A stretch of DNA of 63,423 nt, the filler included. It is 4 parts of 4 records of this genome, joined end to end, with 100 filler letters (N's around TTAATTAATTAA, not from the genome) between each part and the next. Parts side by side here need not be neighbours in the genome. Positions count along the whole stretch, not along the records: positions 31,350 to 48,557 come from SRR2962707_3228; positions 48,658 to 57,550 come from SRR2962707_3237; 2 more parts are not named here. The stretch is one strand, 5' to 3'. The translations under genes were made by a program, and so were the position numbers. Positions within the stretch are counted from its first letter, which is position 1. The number at the start of each line of letters is the position of its first letter. Shown here piece after piece: positions 40,801-49,502 of this stretch. The notes under the pieces are model-generated. The model ran no database searches, was not told the origin of the DNA, and saw only the letters and a program-made list of their open reading frames with translations.

Positions 40801-43800
40801 TTCAGGACCGAAATCTGTTCAAGGGCAAGCGGATAGAAATCTTGCGGCGGGGCGCGGCGCGGATCATCTGAAACGCCAGAAGCATCAAGAACATCGGAAA
40901 CAGGCGCCGGAGTGAACGCTGCCGGGGCTTCTGACAATTCCATCTTTGGTGTGTCTTCGAAAGACACGATCTTCGCGTGAAGTTGTTCGATGGTCGCGTT
41001 TTCAAACAGGTCGGTCAGGCTGACCCGATAGCCAAGGTCATGGATCAGTCGATCAACGATTTGCATGCCGGTAATCGAATCCCCACCCAGTGCATAGAAA
41101 TCATCTTTTGCGTCGACGTCATCATATCCAAGTGTTTCTGCCCATATGGTACACATTGCGCGCAAGGCGGAAGATGTCGTGGCAATGGTCTTTGCGGAAG
41201 CCGTTACATTTTGCTTAAGAGCGGGTTTAGTTGCAGGCGTTGTTGATCTTAATTCTGCTGCTGGCTGGATGTTTGCAATCTGTGCCAGAGATGCGACGGT
41301 TGGCGCAGAAAACAAATCCGATATGGTTAGAAAAAGACCAAGCTCGGCATTCATGCGATCAACGATTTGGACGCCAGTGATTGAATCACCGCCCAGACCA
41401 AAGAAATCATCGTCCTGACGGATCGCATCATACCCAAGTGTTTCGGCCCAAATTCCGGCAATCGTCTGATGAATATCCGCAGCCGGTTCTGTCGTCGCGG
41501 GAAGGTCACGCGCAACAGTTTTCTCATGCGCATTGTTGGGGACAGTTGGTGTAATTGCCTGCGTTGCATTCAGCCGGTCACGGGCAAGAACAACCAGCTG
41601 TGCATCAGAATGACGGATAGCGTCTTTCCACAACGCACGCGCGGCTTTGGGCGAAATCCACGCGCCATCTTGAAGACGGACATCGTTCCGCGCAGCCATG
41701 CCTTGTTCACTCAGCGCACACCAGTCAATAGACAGGGCAGGGCGATCATTGAACGCACGAAGGTAGGCAAGGCCGTCAAGGAACGCATTGGCGGCACAAT
41801 ATGCCGTCTGCCCCGGTGCACCAGCAATGGCTGTCAGACTTCCGAACATGACAAATGCTTGAAGTGGATCATTGCGGGTTAAGGCGTCAAGATTCCGTCC
41901 GCCAGTAATCTTCGGGCGCAGGACGTCGTCAAAGTTTGCCAAGTCACGGCGGGCAAGGAACCCACCATCGGCAATGCCCGCAGCATGTACAACAGCAGTG
42001 ATCGGCCCCATCTGGCTTCGAACGTTGGTAAGCGTTGCGTCAAGAGAACCAAGGTCGGAAATGTCACAGGACAGGACCGTTAGTTTGACGCCCTTCTTGC
42101 GCAAACCGTCGAGCTGATCTTTGGTTTCCTGCTCAAGCGCATCTTCTGATCTTCGCCCGATCAGGGCAAGATGAACAGCCCCCTTGGCTGAGAATTCTTC
42201 GGCAAGGGCAAGGGCAAAGCCACCAGTTCCCCCGGTTACAACGCAAACGCCATGATCCGGCCAGTTTACGGAGCTACTGGATTGGTCTTTGGCCGCAGGG
42301 CGCAGATCACGCTTATAGCGCACACCATCCCGGTATACTGCGATCGGGTCGTTGCTTGCGGTCGCCGTTAATTCAGGACCAAGGTAATCAGGAAACTCGG
42401 CCGGTGTGATATCGAGATAGCGGATATCAAGCAGCGGTTCTTCCTTGGATAAGGCCAAAACGATACCAGCGGCGGATGCGTGATCTGGATTTGGCGTGAC
42501 AAGATCATTTTCAAGCGTGAAGGCACCATGTCCAACAATGACAAACCGCAAGGGACCATTCATCCCGACTAGGGTTTTCTGAAGGAGGCTCGCGGTGCTG
42601 TGTGCGACGTCATCATCTTCTGACAACGCCAATACAACATGTTTTCTGTTGGTTAGGTGATCTTTTGAAAACGCATCGGGATGGACCGTTTCCCAATTGT
42701 CCGGAATGGGCCAAGTGTCAGAATCACAGATAAACAGACAATCATCAGGTGTGGCTGCCCCGGCAAGGGGGGTCTTTTGCCAGACGGTGGCAAGAAGCTC
42801 CGGCTGTGATTGTTGTAAGGTTTCACCGGATTTGGCAAATTTAAGCCCCGTTGCCGATAAAACCGGTCTGTCGGTTTTCGCATCATATAATGCAACCGTT
42901 CCCAAACCGTTTTCGCGGATCTCGCAACCTGCATATATGTCACCGCATGAACCACCATGCACCGTGATCTGATCAATCCCGACAGGGACGTACCCCGTCC
43001 CCATTTTTGCAAGTGGCATGCTAACGGCGATATCGGCGATTGCCGGATGGAATGGCCATTCCATCATATCGCGCTGATAGTCATCTTTCAGGCGCAGGTG
43101 CTTTAGAAGCAGAGTTTCTTCAGGATCGTAATGGACGGATTGCTGACAATCCCAGCGATCACTGACCGAGACAGGGCCGAACTGCGCACTAAAGGGTGCA
43201 TTGGGTGCAGTTACAGTTGCGCGATGGCGCATGTCATCAAGCGTGATCATTCCGGCATCTGGAGAAACAACACCGCTTTGCCAGAATGCAGTGGCAAAAA
43301 CCCGCCATTTTCCATTCTTAAGACGCGCACCTACTTCAACATGTCCATCTTCGGCAAACGACAGGCTGATATTACCATCCGCCAAGGCGTCTTCGATGAG
43401 CGGGCTATGCCAGACCAGATTTTTTAATTGTATGACTTGATCCGTCGGGGCCAGCCGGGCGGCGGCTTTTGCGATCAAAGCCGGTATTGCCATACCAACA
43501 ACAGTCGGGCGGCCATTGAGTTTATGTTCGCTAAGCGGCCAGAAATCAGGACCCGTAATCAAAACACTAAATACGCGTGCCGTTGGGGTTTCGACTGGTC
43601 CGCGCAGCATGTCGGCCGCTTGGGCCTGTGCTTGGGTCTGTGGACGGGCCTCAAAGACAGGTTTGCAGGTTTTGCGGACGAATGGCGATGCCGGTAAAGC
43701 AACACGTCGGGCCTTCTGCGTCAGGGGCCAGATAAGCTGCGCACCGTTAAGATAATGCGCAACATGCAAGGATGCGTCAGCCGGGTTTTCAAGCACAACC

Positions 43801-46800
43801 TGACAGGATTTTTCTGTTATCGGGTGGTTTGCGTCTGTTCCGGTTTCAATGCCGGTTGCGATATCAAGCAACTGGTCAAGAAGCTCAGATCGGTTTTTGG
43901 CTGCAAACGCAAAACGGTGTTTCAGATGGTCACGTCCGGATGCCAAGGTAAAAGCAATGTCGCGCAGGTCCAATGACGTATCTGCCTGAATACGACGCAG
44001 CAGGTTTGCCGCATATTGGCGTAATGCATCAGCATTTCCGGCCGAAAATGCGACAATAAAGGTCGGGTCTATACCATCTGTATTCTCTGAACGGTAACTT
44101 GGCTGTGGTGCGGTTTCGATCAGAATATGGGCGTTGATCCCGCTTAGGCCGAACGAACTGATGCCAGCGCGCCGTGCGGTGCCAAAATCAGGGAGTTTTT
44201 CAAGTTTCTGCGCGACCTTTACCGGCGCGCGATTGAAATTGATTTTGGGGTTGGGCATTACAAAATGGGGCTGCGGTGGTGCCTGATCATGACGAAGAGC
44301 CATAATTGCACGGGCAAGGCCAAGTGCCCCGGCGGTTCCGTCAAGATGACCATAATTACCTTTGCCTGACCCGATAAAGGCGGTGGTCTTTTGATCGGGG
44401 ATGCCTGCGAAAGCACGGGTCAATCCATCAATCTCAATCGGGTCGCCAAGTGATGTGCCGGTGCCATGCGCCTCGAAATAGGAAACGCTCGAAAGATCGA
44501 TATCGGCCGAGCGTGCCGCATCGCGAATGACTTCGGCCTGCATCACCGGATTGGGGGCCGCAGCACCGCTTGACGTGCCGTCCTGATTGACAGCACTGCC
44601 GCGAATGACAGCATGGATGTGATCGCCATCTTGCATCGCATTGCTAAGCGGTTTGAGGACGAAAATCACACTGCCTTCGCCCATGCCGGTGCCATCGGCA
44701 TCTTTATCGAAGGCCCGGGTTCGGGCGGTCGAAGAATCGATGGTAAAGGTGCTATCGGCACCGGGCGGGCACGGCAAAATCTTTGCCCCGCCGGCGATGG
44801 CGACCTTGCAACTGCCGTTACGCAGGTTTTGACATGCATGGTGGACGGCAACCAGTGACGACGAACACGCGGTATCGATAACAGTGGCCGGACCGTGCCA
44901 GTCTTTTAGGAAGGACAGGCGGGTCACGATGTTGGATGGCACATTTAACGCAAAGGCCTGCTCGGCCTTGGCGGGCGGAATATATTCCATCGCCATGCGC
45001 CAAACCGGGTTGCTGCCACCGCCGGAAAATACGCCGACCTTCTGACCATTCAGGGCATTGCCGCCATATCCGGCATCCTCCATCGCCATCAAGGCAGTTT
45101 CCATGAACAGCCGTTGTTCCGGATCAAGCAGCCCGGCATCGATCGGGGCAAGGCGGAAACGTGCGGCATCAAATTCATAAAGCGTATCGAGATAGGCGAC
45201 TTCGCGGAAACGTGATGGAACAGGTTTGCCAAGTGCGGTCAAGATCTCGCGGGCATCGGCTTCTCGATCGGAAGGCACCGGGCGGACAAGATCACGACCC
45301 GATGCGACATCTTTCCAGAATGTTTCAACTGTGTTGGCACCTGCAACTTGTAGTGCCATGCCGATGACAGCAATCGGTTCATCATCGGCAAGAATGGCAC
45401 TTTCAGAACTCTGAATGCGAGTATCGGTTGGGATTTCGTCTTCCGCGCGAAGAAGTAATGCCTGCCGAGAGATCGAGGGGTTGGCAAACAAGTCGGCAAT
45501 ACCGATTTTCCCCGGCCAGCGGGCATCAATTTTTTCAAACAACCGCAGCAACAACAACGAGTTTCCGCCAATGTCAAAGAACCCGTCATCACGTGCCGGA
45601 TTAACATCGGGAAGAACCTCGGACCAAAGCTTCGTAATCTGTGCTTCAAGATCACTTTTCGCTTCCGCGGATTGGGCCGCGGGTTTTGCATCGGCTTTGA
45701 CCAATGGCGCATTTTTACTTTTGCTGGTCGGGAATTGGACACCGGCAAGAGCCTTGCGGTCGACCTTGCCGCTGCTGGTCAATGGCAGATGGTCGATCTT
45801 AAAGAACCTTGCGGGAATCATGTATTCCGGCAGGCGTGTTCGCAGATGTTCGCGCAGCGCAGTGCTTGTCAGATCGTCTGCACCAAGAACAAAGGCATGC
45901 AATTCATCAAGGCCCGCAATTTTAACAGGCTTGACCGGCGCACGCTCGATTGCCGGGTGGCTTTCAAGGGCCGCTTCGATTTCACCACATTCGATCCGGT
46001 AGCCACGAATTTTAACCTGATGATCAATGCGGCCAAGATATTCAATCGTGCCATCATGGCGCCAACGACCAAGGTCGCCAGTGCGGTAAAGACGTTGTTT
46101 CGGCGATACCGGATCAGGCGGGAATTTTTCGGCACTTAGCTTTGCGCGGTTACGATATCCCAGTGCGATTTGCGGCCCACCCAATGTGATTTCACCGCTA
46201 ACCCCGATCGGGACAGGTGAAAAATCAGGGGCAAGAACTTGCACCGTTGTGTTGGCAATCGGCTTTCCAATCGGGACAACATTGCCTGTTGTGTGCGGCG
46301 AACATGCTTGCCAGGTGACATCAACTGTTGCTTCTGTCGGACCATAAAGATTGTGAAGTTCCGTGCCAAATTCATTGAACAGTAGTGTGTTAAATCGCTG
46401 AACAACAGCAGCATCAAGAGCTTCACCACTGGCAAAAACGCGTTTTAAGGTCGCCAGTTTGCCGATATCAACCATGCCGCTTTCAATGGCAAACAGGAAT
46501 GTTGCCAGCATCGAGGGCACAAAATGCATTGTCGTGACGCGATTGTCGAAGATTGCATCTGCGATTTGTCGTGGGTCACGTTCTGCACCGGGCGCAGGCA
46601 AGACAACCTTCGCACCGGTCCACGACCACCAGAATAATTCCCAAACCGACACATCAAAAGTGATCGGTGTTTTTTGCAAGATCACATCGTCGGGACCAAG
46701 CGGGAAGGCATCCTGCATCCAAAGAATGCGGTTAAGGACCCCGCGATGGGCAATCTCGACCCCTTTGGGCCGACCGGTTGATCCGGATGTAAACAGAACA

Positions 46801-48557
46801 TAGGCCAAGTCATCCGGACCATGCGAAAGGTCCGGAATATCCCCGTCTTCATGGCCGTCAAGCAGGATGGTTTTTGCTGGATCAAACAGATGGGCCAAAT
46901 CTGGCGTGGTGATGACAAAACCGTCCCCAAGATCTTCAAGCATATCCTTTCGGCGTTGCTCTGGATGATCGGGGTCAAGCGGGCTGTAAGCGGCACCGGC
47001 AAGAAGAATTCCGTGAATGGCCGCAAGCATGTTGACGGATCGACGAATGGCAACGGCAACGACATCACCGGGACGAATGGCGCGCACATGCAGCAGTGCG
47101 GCAATGCCAGCAGCACGGCGGGCAAACTGCGCATAGCTCAGTTCTTCGTTGCCATCTGCAACCGCAATATCATCGGGGGTGGATGCGACCTGATCAAGGA
47201 AGGGCTCAGAAATTGGCCTTTCAATCGGCAGATAACAGTTTGTCGCATTGAATTGTTCAATCCGCGCATATTCACGCTCGGACATAATAGAAAGCATGGA
47301 AACGGGCTGGTCAGACATGTCGGCAAGAGCTGCTTGGCTCAGTGCTTCCAGTCGTTCTGCGAAGGCGGAAATTGTCTGGCGGTCAAAAAGGCCGGTGTCG
47401 AATTCAATCGTGCCACATAGCTTGTCATCACTGCGCCAGAAGTAAAAACCAAGATCAAATTTGGCGAATGGAAACTCTGTCTTGCGCAGTGAAACACTGG
47501 CATCCCCCAGCTGCGTGCTTTGGGGAGGATTGTCCTGCCAGGCAACCAGCACATCAAATAACGGGTTTCGGGAAAGGTCACGTGGCGCATTTATCGCATT
47601 TACAACGTCTTCGAATGGCACGGCCTGATCTGCAAGGGCATCCATGACAGTTTTCTGTGTCTCGGCAAGATGAATATCAAAGCAGGCATCCGGATCGACT
47701 TTCTGGCGAACCAGTACGGTATTGACGAAAAATCCAACGACATCATCAAGTGCCGAATGTTCACGTCCGGCAACCAGCATCCCCAGTGGAATGTCGGTTT
47801 GTCCGCAATGGCGATACAAAAGGATCTGCAACAAGGCAGTCAGAATATTAAAGGCCGTGACACCGTGTCGATGTGCTGCGTCATCAATCAGGCGCGTTGT
47901 CGCATCGCCAAGTTCGAATTCAAGGAAGTCACCGGTAAAGCGGCGTTCGGCCGGGCGCGGATAGTCTGTCGGCAAATTAAGCGGTTCGGCAATTGGCATA
48001 AGCCGTTCTTGCCAGCGTGCGAGTGCCGCTTTCCCCTCATTACCCTTAAGATAGCCACGCTGCCAAGTGACGAAATCTTCATAATGTCGTTCCAGTTTTG
48101 GCAGTTGTGGCGCCGTGTGATTGACTTCTGCGTCATAGAACGCAGCCAGTTCGCGCAGCAAGATCGGCATCGACCAGCCATCGCAGATTGCGTGATGCAG
48201 TGAAATGACCAGCCAGTGGCGCTTAGGGCCCAGGGTGACAAGATCAGCCCGCGCCATCGGCGCATCATTAAGGTCAAACGGGCGTCTGATTTCCGAGGTG
48301 ATAAATCGGTTCGCCGTTGCCTCGTCCATATGATGACGGCCCAGAGACCATGAGCCTGAAGGTGCCAGATACTGATGAACCCCGTCACGATGATCCGGAT
48401 CAGACTTGAACCGCAGGCGGAGCGCATGCTGTCGATCTTCAAGTCTATGCAATGCCTTTTGAAGTGCATCGACATCAATCTGGCCGGACACTTCCAACGT
48501 TGCCGGGACTGAATAGACCGCTAAGTTGGGCTGCATGCGTTGCAAGACCCACAAGCG
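37839..48557 (-). CDS. Hybrid NRPS-PKS, 5'-truncated: C-A(Ser)-T-KS-DH-KR-ACP-ACP-C-T-C (thalassospiramide synthetase TtcB-like)
   Basis: HHAICDG; FTSGSTGRPKG; GGNSL; DTACSS/HGTGT/NYGH; HKLNG and HPAIAD; TGGTGG and YCAAN; two GGDSITG; HHVMADG; GGHSL; HHIVGDG. The frame is open to the contig edge. Confidence 0.93.
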   Translation of the reverse strand, partial: RLWVLQRMQPNLAVYSVPATLEVSGQIDVDALQKALHRLEDRQHALRLRFKSDPDHRDGVHQYLAPSGSWSLGRHHMDEATANRFITSEIRRPFDLNDAPMARADLVTLGPKRHWLVISLHHAICDGWSMPILLRELAAFYDAEVNHTAPQLPKLERHYEDFVTWQRGYLKGNEGKAALARWQERLMPIAEPLNLPTDYPRPAERRFTGDFLEFELGDATTRLIDDAAHRHGVTAFNILTALLQILLYRHCGQTDIPLGMLVAGREHSALDDVVGFFVNTVLVRQKVDPDACFDIHLAETQKTVMDALADQAVPFEDVVNAINAPRDLSRNPLFDVLVAWQDNPPQSTQLGDASVSLRKTEFPFAKFDLGFYFWRSDDKLCGTIEFDTGLFDRQTISAFAERLEALSQAALADMSDQPVSMLSIMSEREYARIEQFNATNCYLPIERPISEPFLDQVASTPDDIAVADGNEELSYAQFARRAAGIAALLHVRAIRPGDVVAVAIRRSVNMLAAIHGILLAGAAYSPLDPDHPEQRRKDMLEDLGDGFVITTPDLAHLFDPAKTILLDGHEDGDIPDLSHGPDDLAYVLFTSGSTGRPKGVEIAHRGVLNRILWMQDAFPLGPDDVILQKTPITFDVSVWELFWWSWTGAKVVLPAPGAERDPRQIADAIFDNRVTTMHFVPSMLATFLFAIESGMVDIGKLATLKRVFASGEALDAAVVQRFNTLLFNEFGTELHNLYGPTEATVDVTWQACSPHTTGNVVPIGKPIANTTVQVLAPDFSPVPIGVSGEITLGGPQIALGYRNRAKLSAEKFPPDPVSPKQRLYRTGDLGRWRHDGTIEYLGRIDHQVKIRGYRIECGEIEAALESHPAIERAPVKPVKIAGLDELHAFVLGADDLTSTALREHLRTRLPEYMIPARFFKIDHLPLTSSGKVDRKALAGVQFPTSKSKNAPLVKADAKPAAQSAEAKSDLEAQITKLWSEVLPDVNPARDDGFFDIGGNSLLLLRLFEKIDARWPGKIGIADLFANPSISRQALLLRAEDEIPTDTRIQSSESAILADDEPIAVIGMALQVAGANTVETFWKDVASGRDLVRPVPSDREADAREILTALGKPVPSRFREVAYLDTLYEFDAARFRLAPIDAGLLDPEQRLFMETALMAMEDAGYGGNALNGQKVGVFSGGGSNPVWRMAMEYIPPAKAEQAFALNVPSNIVTRLSFLKDWHGPATVIDTACSSSLVAVHHACQNLRNGSCKVAIAGGAKILPCPPGADSTFTIDSSTARTRAFDKDADGTGMGEGSVIFVLKPLSNAMQDGDHIHAVIRGSAVNQDGTSSGAAAPNPVMQAEVIRDAARSADIDLSSVSYFEAHGTGTSLGDPIEIDGLTRAFAGIPDQKTTAFIGSGKGNYGHLDGTAGALGLARAIMALRHDQAPPQPHFVMPNPKINFNRAPVKVAQKLEKLPDFGTARRAGISSFGLSGINAHILIETAPQPSYRSENTDGIDPTFIVAFSAGNADALRQYAANLLRRIQADTSLDLRDIAFTLASGRDHLKHRFAFAAKNRSELLDQLLDIATGIETGTDANHPITEKSCQVVLENPADASLHVAHYLNGAQLIWPLTQKARRVALPASPFVRKTCKPVFEARPQTQAQAQAADMLRGPVETPTARVFSVLITGPDFWPLSEHKLNGRPTVVGMAIPALIAKAAARLAPTDQVIQLKNLVWHSPLIEDALADGNISLSFAEDGHVEVGARLKNGKWRVFATAFWQSGVVSPDAGMITLDDMRHRATVTAPNAPFSAQFGPVSVSDRWDCQQSVHYDPEETLLLKHLRLKDDYQRDMMEWPFHPAIADIAVSMPLAKMGTGYVPVGIDQITVHGGSCGDIYAGCEIRENGLGTVALYDAKTDRPVLSATGLKFAKSGETLQQSQPELLATVWQKTPLAGAATPDDCLFICDSDTWPIPDNWETVHPDAFSKDHLTNRKHVVLALSEDDDVAHSTASLLQKTLVGMNGPLRFVIVGHGAFTLENDLVTPNPDHASAAGIVLALSKEEPLLDIRYLDITPAEFPDYLGPELTATASNDPIAVYRDGVRYKRDLRPAAKDQSSSSVNWPDHGVCVVTGGTGGFALALAEEFSAKGAVHLALIGRRSEDALEQETKDQLDGLRKKGVKLTVLSCDISDLGSLDATLTNVRSQMGPITAVVHAAGIADGGFLARRDLANFDDVLRPKITGGRNLDALTRNDPLQAFVMFGSLTAIAGAPGQTAYCAANAFLDGLAYLRAFNDRPALSIDWCALSEQGMAARNDVRLQDGAWISPKAARALWKDAIRHSDAQLVVLARDRLNATQAITPTVPNNAHEKTVARDLPATTEPAADIHQTIAGIWAETLGYDAIRQDDDFFGLGGDSITGVQIVDRMNAELGLFLTISDLFSAPTVASLAQIANIQPAAELRSTTPATKPALKQNVTASAKTIATTSSALRAMCTIWAETLGYDDVDAKDDFYALGGDSITGMQIVDRLIHDLGYRVSLTDLFENATIEQLHAKIVSFEDTPKMELSEAPAAFTPAPVSDVLDASGVSDDPRRAPPQDFYPLALEQISVLNAAQKGNMGTAFNLPNAFRLGDSIDVGRLVPAIRSLTERHEILRTRIISNDANESWQMEILPADQAMPDLTVQTVSSTVEDACSALIKPFDLENELPVRWNILRDDFGRTLVFFDIHHVMADGFTTEVIFGELFGLYSGATLAPLKYQLHDYAWWSHTDENQTRLSAAKEYWQKIYADRIPKLDLPSDRPRPAYHTFDGAITSFEVDVDLLRDARKFASSQRVTMFTLVMATWFTILGRIARTDDLVISVPVDSRDATGFRNIPGMMVSLLPLRMKLDADETIANLLTRMQEAHVGAMRHRAYFLDQLLADLAPPAAPDRTLLSEVSVSYMNYEASKMAPEHTGSSPQYVQIDRHHCKNDISIFVRDLPDRMTIAFDYYAEMFDSTSIKALGGVFVGTLQRLIQSGQETLDHISLPAHRAIDTLQFWDSSAANITPVAPAPGPMELTGSDDALQFQAIVAQVFSEVFKTEITDPATSFVALGGHSLMAIRIVNRLTDRTGKRISMADFFANPTIAELANLIARDMAPASTTEHNTIPAAPAMAVYPASHAQKRLYLLSKMDQNSGAYGMLFVLRCDGSLQQDELATALRGLIERHETLRTEFIEQDGIISQRIHPTSMPDVKFSDISKHQTIAREALRLTRQEAATPILLEQPPLIRAHIIKVSNDEELLVIATHHIVGDGWSSRILVNELGAFYQAAVTEQAPDLAPLPISYKDFANWQSLQDWTKAESYWRDKLQGAPDTIALPTDHQHPAIQSYRGAHAHMMIKDDVLHGLHTLARTHNTTLSAVGMALFSAMLYRLTRQEDMVIGMGVAGRERTETEGLIGFFVNVLPIRVQMNSETELSSLIDSVHSNITAALDRQDYPFDELVRAIAPKRHGNRQPLMNVVFEYQRFGALTDEGSSKGLPVTRPGHQGILPDNMDEFVDNTAAKHDIILFLTEEANQARFTLEYDTDLFNAETMQRWLAFLSRFAEAAAQNATSKTPKGTD

Positions 48558-48657
48558 NNNNNNNNNNNNNNNNNNNNNNNNNNNNNNNNNNNNNNNNNNN
48601 NTTAATTAATTAANNNNNNNNNNNNNNNNNNNNNNNNNNNNNNNNNNNNNNNNNNNN
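48558..48657. other. Artificial contig linker
   Basis: 44 N + TTAATTAATTAA + 44 N. Confidence 0.99.
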
Positions 48658-48684
48658 CGGGCGGCGGGCCGCTGCAAGCGAATG
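48658..48684. repeat. Partial REP-like element at the contig start
   Basis: TGCAAGCGAATG (48673-48684) is the exact reverse complement of 57524-57535 in the REP at the other end; it is preceded by the palindrome GCGGC-GG-GCCGC. Confidence 0.55.
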
Positions 48685-48707
48685 TGCTGCGTTGATTGGT
48701 GTCAGCG

Positions 48708-49412
48708 TCAGGCGCTGTCCTTGCCAGACGGATTGCCCGCCGGATTCTCCCGCGCCAACTGGTCCAGCATGGCCGCCACCCCCGCGGACACCGTACGCAG
48801 GATGACCTCGTCATCCACATCCTTGTTGAGCCAATCCCGCATGGGCGCGAAAGCACCGAGAAAAATAATCAGGTTCGCCAGCACTTCCGCGCGGGGATCC
48901 CCCTCGGACAATCGCGCCCGTTGCCGCAGACGCGCCGCCAGCCCTTCAATTACCGCCCGGTCACGAGCGCGCATGGCACGCCGGTCATCTTCCTGCAGGT
49001 ACGGCACCGAACGGTAGATCAGCAGAGTCCCCCGGCGCTTCTTGGTCCAGGTGTCGTGCAGATAGTCCGCCACCGTGTCCGCGAACGGCGTGTCGCCGCT
49101 ATGATCCAGGCGTTCGGCCAGGGTCGGCACATCCGGACGGAACCACAGCTTGTTCAGCAACCGCCGCAGAATGTCGTTTTTATTGGCGATGTAATCGTAA
49201 ATACTGGCCTGATTGACACCGGAGCGGGCACAAATATCGCGAATCGTGGTGGAGGCGAATCCCTTCTCCAGAAACAGCTCCAGAGCGGCATCGCAAATCT
49301 GATTGCGGCGCGTCTCAATCAGTGTCGTATCCTGAACGCCATCAACCACGGCTTCCGCCAACTGCTCGCCGTTCGAGGTCTGCTTCGCGCCCCGTTTTTT
49401 ATCCGCTGACAA
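48708..49412 (-). CDS. TetR/AcrR family regulator
   Basis: RRNQICDAALELFLEKGFASTTIRDICARSGVNQASIYDYIANKNDIL HTH; TTG start at 49412 with a GGAG RBS. Confidence 0.92.
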   Translation of the reverse strand: MSADKKRGAKQTSNGEQLAEAVVDGVQDTTLIETRRNQICDAALELFLEKGFASTTIRDICARSGVNQASIYDYIANKNDILRRLLNKLWFRPDVPTLAERLDHSGDTPFADTVADYLHDTWTKKRRGTLLIYRSVPYLQEDDRRAMRARDRAVIEGLAARLRQRARLSEGDPRAEVLANLIIFLGAFAPMRDWLNKDVDDEVILRTVSAGVAAMLDQLARENPAGNPSGKDSA

Positions 49413-49502
49413 GCGTTTTCTCCAAAAGAAATGAGGGTTTTTCGAGGTTAGCACAGCGCCCCGGGAGGCGGAAGAAACAGTGGCGGGCAAGCCGCCACGC
49501 CT

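Noticed and set aside
48602..48856. ORF spanning the N-run
   Set aside because: Artefact of translating through the linker.
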